Shown piece after piece: positions 61,472 through 64,000 of a DNA stretch of 64,000 bases. The stretch's first letter is position 1, and each line of letters starts with the position of its first letter. The notes under the pieces are model-generated. The model did no database searches, had not been told where the DNA came from, and saw nothing but the letters and a program-made list of their open reading frames with translations. The DNA lies in NCBI GenBank assembly GCA_965222615.1, contig CBDCUI010000008.1:576001-640000 (forward strand), in the 5' to 3' direction. Both the position numbers and the translations under genes were made by a program. The DNA is from Gammaproteobacteria bacterium. Its GTDB lineage: Bacteria; Pseudomonadota; Gammaproteobacteria; UBA4575.

Positions 61472-62225
61472 GGTTTTCTAAAGGTTGCAGAATAAAAAAT
61501 TCGACTGCTTGCATGATGACTATAAAAGTAAGTGCCCATGCCAAAATGGCTGAGATGTCGAATAGCTGAAAATAAAGGTGCAATTGAAAACCAACTCCAT
61601 TGCTCCTGCCTAGAAGTTCCACGACTAGTACAATTTTCCAAATTAATGCAATACCAGAACGTGCCGCTGCAACAATATATGGTTCTAGTTGAGGCAATAC
61701 CACGTGACGAAGAGTCTTCCAGCGGCCAAATTTAAAAACCTCTGCCATATTTTGTAATTGGGGATCTAATGCCTTAACGCCTTCGCGCACTGTAACGACC
61801 ACATTGGGAATTTTATTTACTGCGACCGCAGTGATAGCAGCAACTTCCGTTAGACCGGCCCAGATATATGCAAGGATTATGATTACTAAAGCAGGTATAT
61901 TTAAGAAAAATATTAGCCAAGGATCAAAAAGTTTATTGATGATTGTTATTCTGCCCATTGCTAAGCCCACACTTACCCCTACTACCATGGCGATAATAAA
62001 GCTTAGTGCTACACGTCCAAGAGTAATGCCGGTGTGATAAAACAGTGATTGTGACCGTGCTTCTTCAAGTAAGCGTTGTACGACAGTTATCGGGGTAGGT
62101 AAAAGTTTATGGCTTAATAAATGTGATGCGATTAGCCACAATAAGATGAACGCAACTATTGATACGAGTGTAATGATAAATGAAGACTGTTTTGACAACG
62201 GACTGTAATCGGAGTCTAGGCGCAC
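61452..62225 (-). CDS. ABC transporter permease (NitT/TauT type)
   Basis: NIPALV, REG..ALD, WKIVLVVELLGRSNGVG. Confidence 0.92.
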   Translation of the reverse strand: MRLDSDYSPLSKQSSFIITLVSIVAFILLWLIASHLLSHKLLPTPITVVQRLLEEARSQSLFYHTGITLGRVALSFIIAMVVGVSVGLAMGRITIINKLFDPWLIFFLNIPALVIIILAYIWAGLTEVAAITAVAVNKIPNVVVTVREGVKALDPQLQNMAEVFKFGRWKTLRHVVLPQLEPYIVAAARSGIALIWKIVLVVELLGRSNGVGFQLHLYFQLFDISAILAWALTFIVIMQAVEFFILQPLENHATRWR

Positions 62226-62271
62226 AGTACATTTACCAAAATTTAATTTTTATTCTATTAGATGCAGAGAT

Positions 62272-63261
62272 TTAAAATTCAAGCTTATTCCAAAAAGTGC
62301 CGGGAGACAGTTGTTTGTTGTCTCCAACGAGTTTTGTTCCACCTTCTCCCGCTAGTATGCTCATCATGATAACTGCAGCTGCGCGTTCTTGTTCAGTCCA
62401 TTTTTGTGGGATTCCCTCACGATATCGTTTACGTAATGCGCTAAAGGTTTCATTATTTTCCACTCTCATTATTTCACGCAATTGATCCCATTCCTTATCA
62501 TCGGTTTCCATTAGTCCGCGTGCTTTTATGGTCGCTGCAGAAAATGCTAACACAGTGGCTTCATTTTCATTTGCCCAATTTTCGTCAAATACATACCCCA
62601 GCATTGGAAGCTGAACATTGAATCCTAATAAATCAGACACGACCTCTTGCATGGAAATCAGGCGCCTGTATCCTTGGGTTTCCAAGCGTGTGCAGTAGTG
62701 CCAATAATTCAATACGGCATCGAGTTGGTTATTTTGGATCTGGCCATTTAGCAATGGAGGAGCAGCAAACTTAGGTGAAACATCGTGCTCCAGGTCTATA
62801 TCATAACGTTGCTTGGAATAGAGTTTTAACATCAACCAACTTTTATCTAAAGCCCCACCCGCGACACCTAAATCTTTTGCTTGTAAATCTTTTAATTCCA
62901 ATATCGTGGAATCATCAGGCACCATTACAGCACCTAACGCAGCCGAATAAGGAATAAAAGTAAAGGGTTTGTCATTGCCACGCTGTCTGGATACCCAAAT
63001 CCAATCAGATACTACGATGTCTACATCATTGCTTTGTAGTGCTACAAGGGTTGCTTGTGTACTTGCAAAGGGGATGACTTCTATATTAATACCTTCTGCA
63101 GTATCAAGTTTATTGCGTTTGATGACATCAAGCTCCCAGCTTACGGTTCCATACTTTAGCACTCCGACTTTGACGATTTCGGTCGCTGACACTGATCCAC
63201 TCAAGAAAAACAGTATGTAAATTGTGGATAAGACTAGGGAAATTGACTTTAACTTGCCCAT
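62272..63261 (-). CDS. ABC substrate-binding protein of the type found in PQQ/lanthanide loci
   Basis: VGVLKYGTVSWELDVI, SDWIWVSRQR, GGALDKSW, NYWHY. Confidence 0.85.
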   Translation of the reverse strand: MGKLKSISLVLSTIYILFFLSGSVSATEIVKVGVLKYGTVSWELDVIKRNKLDTAEGINIEVIPFASTQATLVALQSNDVDIVVSDWIWVSRQRGNDKPFTFIPYSAALGAVMVPDDSTILELKDLQAKDLGVAGGALDKSWLMLKLYSKQRYDIDLEHDVSPKFAAPPLLNGQIQNNQLDAVLNYWHYCTRLETQGYRRLISMQEVVSDLLGFNVQLPMLGYVFDENWANENEATVLAFSAATIKARGLMETDDKEWDQLREIMRVENNETFSALRKRYREGIPQKWTEQERAAAVIMMSILAGEGGTKLVGDNKQLSPGTFWNKLEF

Positions 63262-63390
63262 GATGTTGGTGCCTATTTGTAAAATTTTGAAATTTTTTAT
63301 GATAATAATCTATTCTATATAAAATTTATGACATGTTAAGCTGTCTATGTAGTGCTTCTGGGTAGTAATTAGTAATCAAGGAGAAATTAA

Positions 63391-63801
63391 ATGTTTAATA
63401 GCGGAGTTAATGATAAACGGTTGGGTATATTGTCGGTTGGTCTATTATTTTGCTTATTTTCAGCACCTAGCTTTGCTGGAGATGCGGCATCAGGAGAAAA
63501 AGTCTTTGTAAAATGTAAAGCATGTCATGCAGTAGAGCCAGACGTATCTAAAATTGGTCCCAGTCTTTATGGAGTGATGGGGCGTAAAGCAGGTAGTTTA
63601 GAAAGTTTTCCTGGGTTTTCTGATGCTATGAAGTCTTCAGGGATAACTTGGGATGAAGAAGCCTTGAAAGAATTTCTCAAGAGCCCACTGTCCAATATGA
63701 AGGGTACTAAAATGGCGTTTATGGGACTGAAGAGTGAAGAAGAACTTGAGGATGTCATAGCTTATCTTGCGCAGTTTTCTGATGAGGGCGCATCTGAATA
63801 A
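63391..63801 (+). CDS. class I cytochrome c (c2/c550-like)
   Basis: Signal peptide, GDA..GEKVF.KCKACH, GPSL.G, GTKMAF; GGAG RBS. Confidence 0.93.
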   Translation: MFNSGVNDKRLGILSVGLLFCLFSAPSFAGDAASGEKVFVKCKACHAVEPDVSKIGPSLYGVMGRKAGSLESFPGFSDAMKSSGITWDEEALKEFLKSPLSNMKGTKMAFMGLKSEEELEDVIAYLAQFSDEGASE

Positions 63802-64000
63802 AAAATTAATATTTACAAGTAAGAATTTTTATATTTATTTAAGGCTCTTCATGTAAAGGGCATGTTATATACATGTGCTTTTTCAAAACACACCTCAATT
63901 AAGCTAGTTTACCTCCTGCACGCCGGACTATTACTCTGCGTGCAGGGTCGTAACCATAAATGGCGAGTCCTAAGAAAATAATTGTGGTAGTACTTACCCA

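Noticed and set aside
63915-63946. 9-bp GC hairpin CCTGCACGC..GCGTGCAGG at the window end
   Set aside because: No U-tract and downstream context is cut off; cannot be assigned

Overview
AT-rich gammaproteobacterial chromosome window; the class comes from the 16S rRNA gene and the housekeeping synteny, and the exact lineage cannot be assigned without a database. 1-5.2 kb: iron locus (bfr, bfd, a Fur-boxed porin/FMN-binding/PepSY trio, fur). 5.5-18.3 kb: conserved housekeeping block (hemJ, ClC, argC, DUF6776, bactofilin, erpA with IscR box, anmK, M23 peptidase, tyrS) carrying small insertions and copies of a ~145-bp TA-flanked palindromic MITE. 18.3-20.2 kb: a solitary 16S rRNA gene with its own promoter and a closed processing stem but no tRNA/23S/5S after it. 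20.3-64 kb: a ~43-kb lanthanide-dependent methanol/C1 oxidation region. It holds a Tat-exported formate dehydrogenase operon, a MoxY/MxaY-type sensor plus NarL-type regulator, a TonB-dependent receptor with its own ExbBDD-TonB, xoxF-xoxG-xoxJ, pqq genes, a lanpepsy (LanP)-like protein, a SoxH-/SoxYZ-like quinoprotein relay, a porin with two SHOCT proteins, an ABC importer and cytochrome c. Most notable: the unlinked 16S gene; a split, apparently mosaic PQQ pathway (pqqA, decayed pqqB stub, pqqD, pqqE, pip, with intact pqqBC 4 kb away); a lipid-anchored XoxG with a Glu-rich tether; a DxDxDG loop in the putative lanthanide receptor; a recurring promoter motif across the C1 genes; and an orphan Tat/YxxP Gly-rich peptide. 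Family assignments come from motif recognition by eye, not from database searches.
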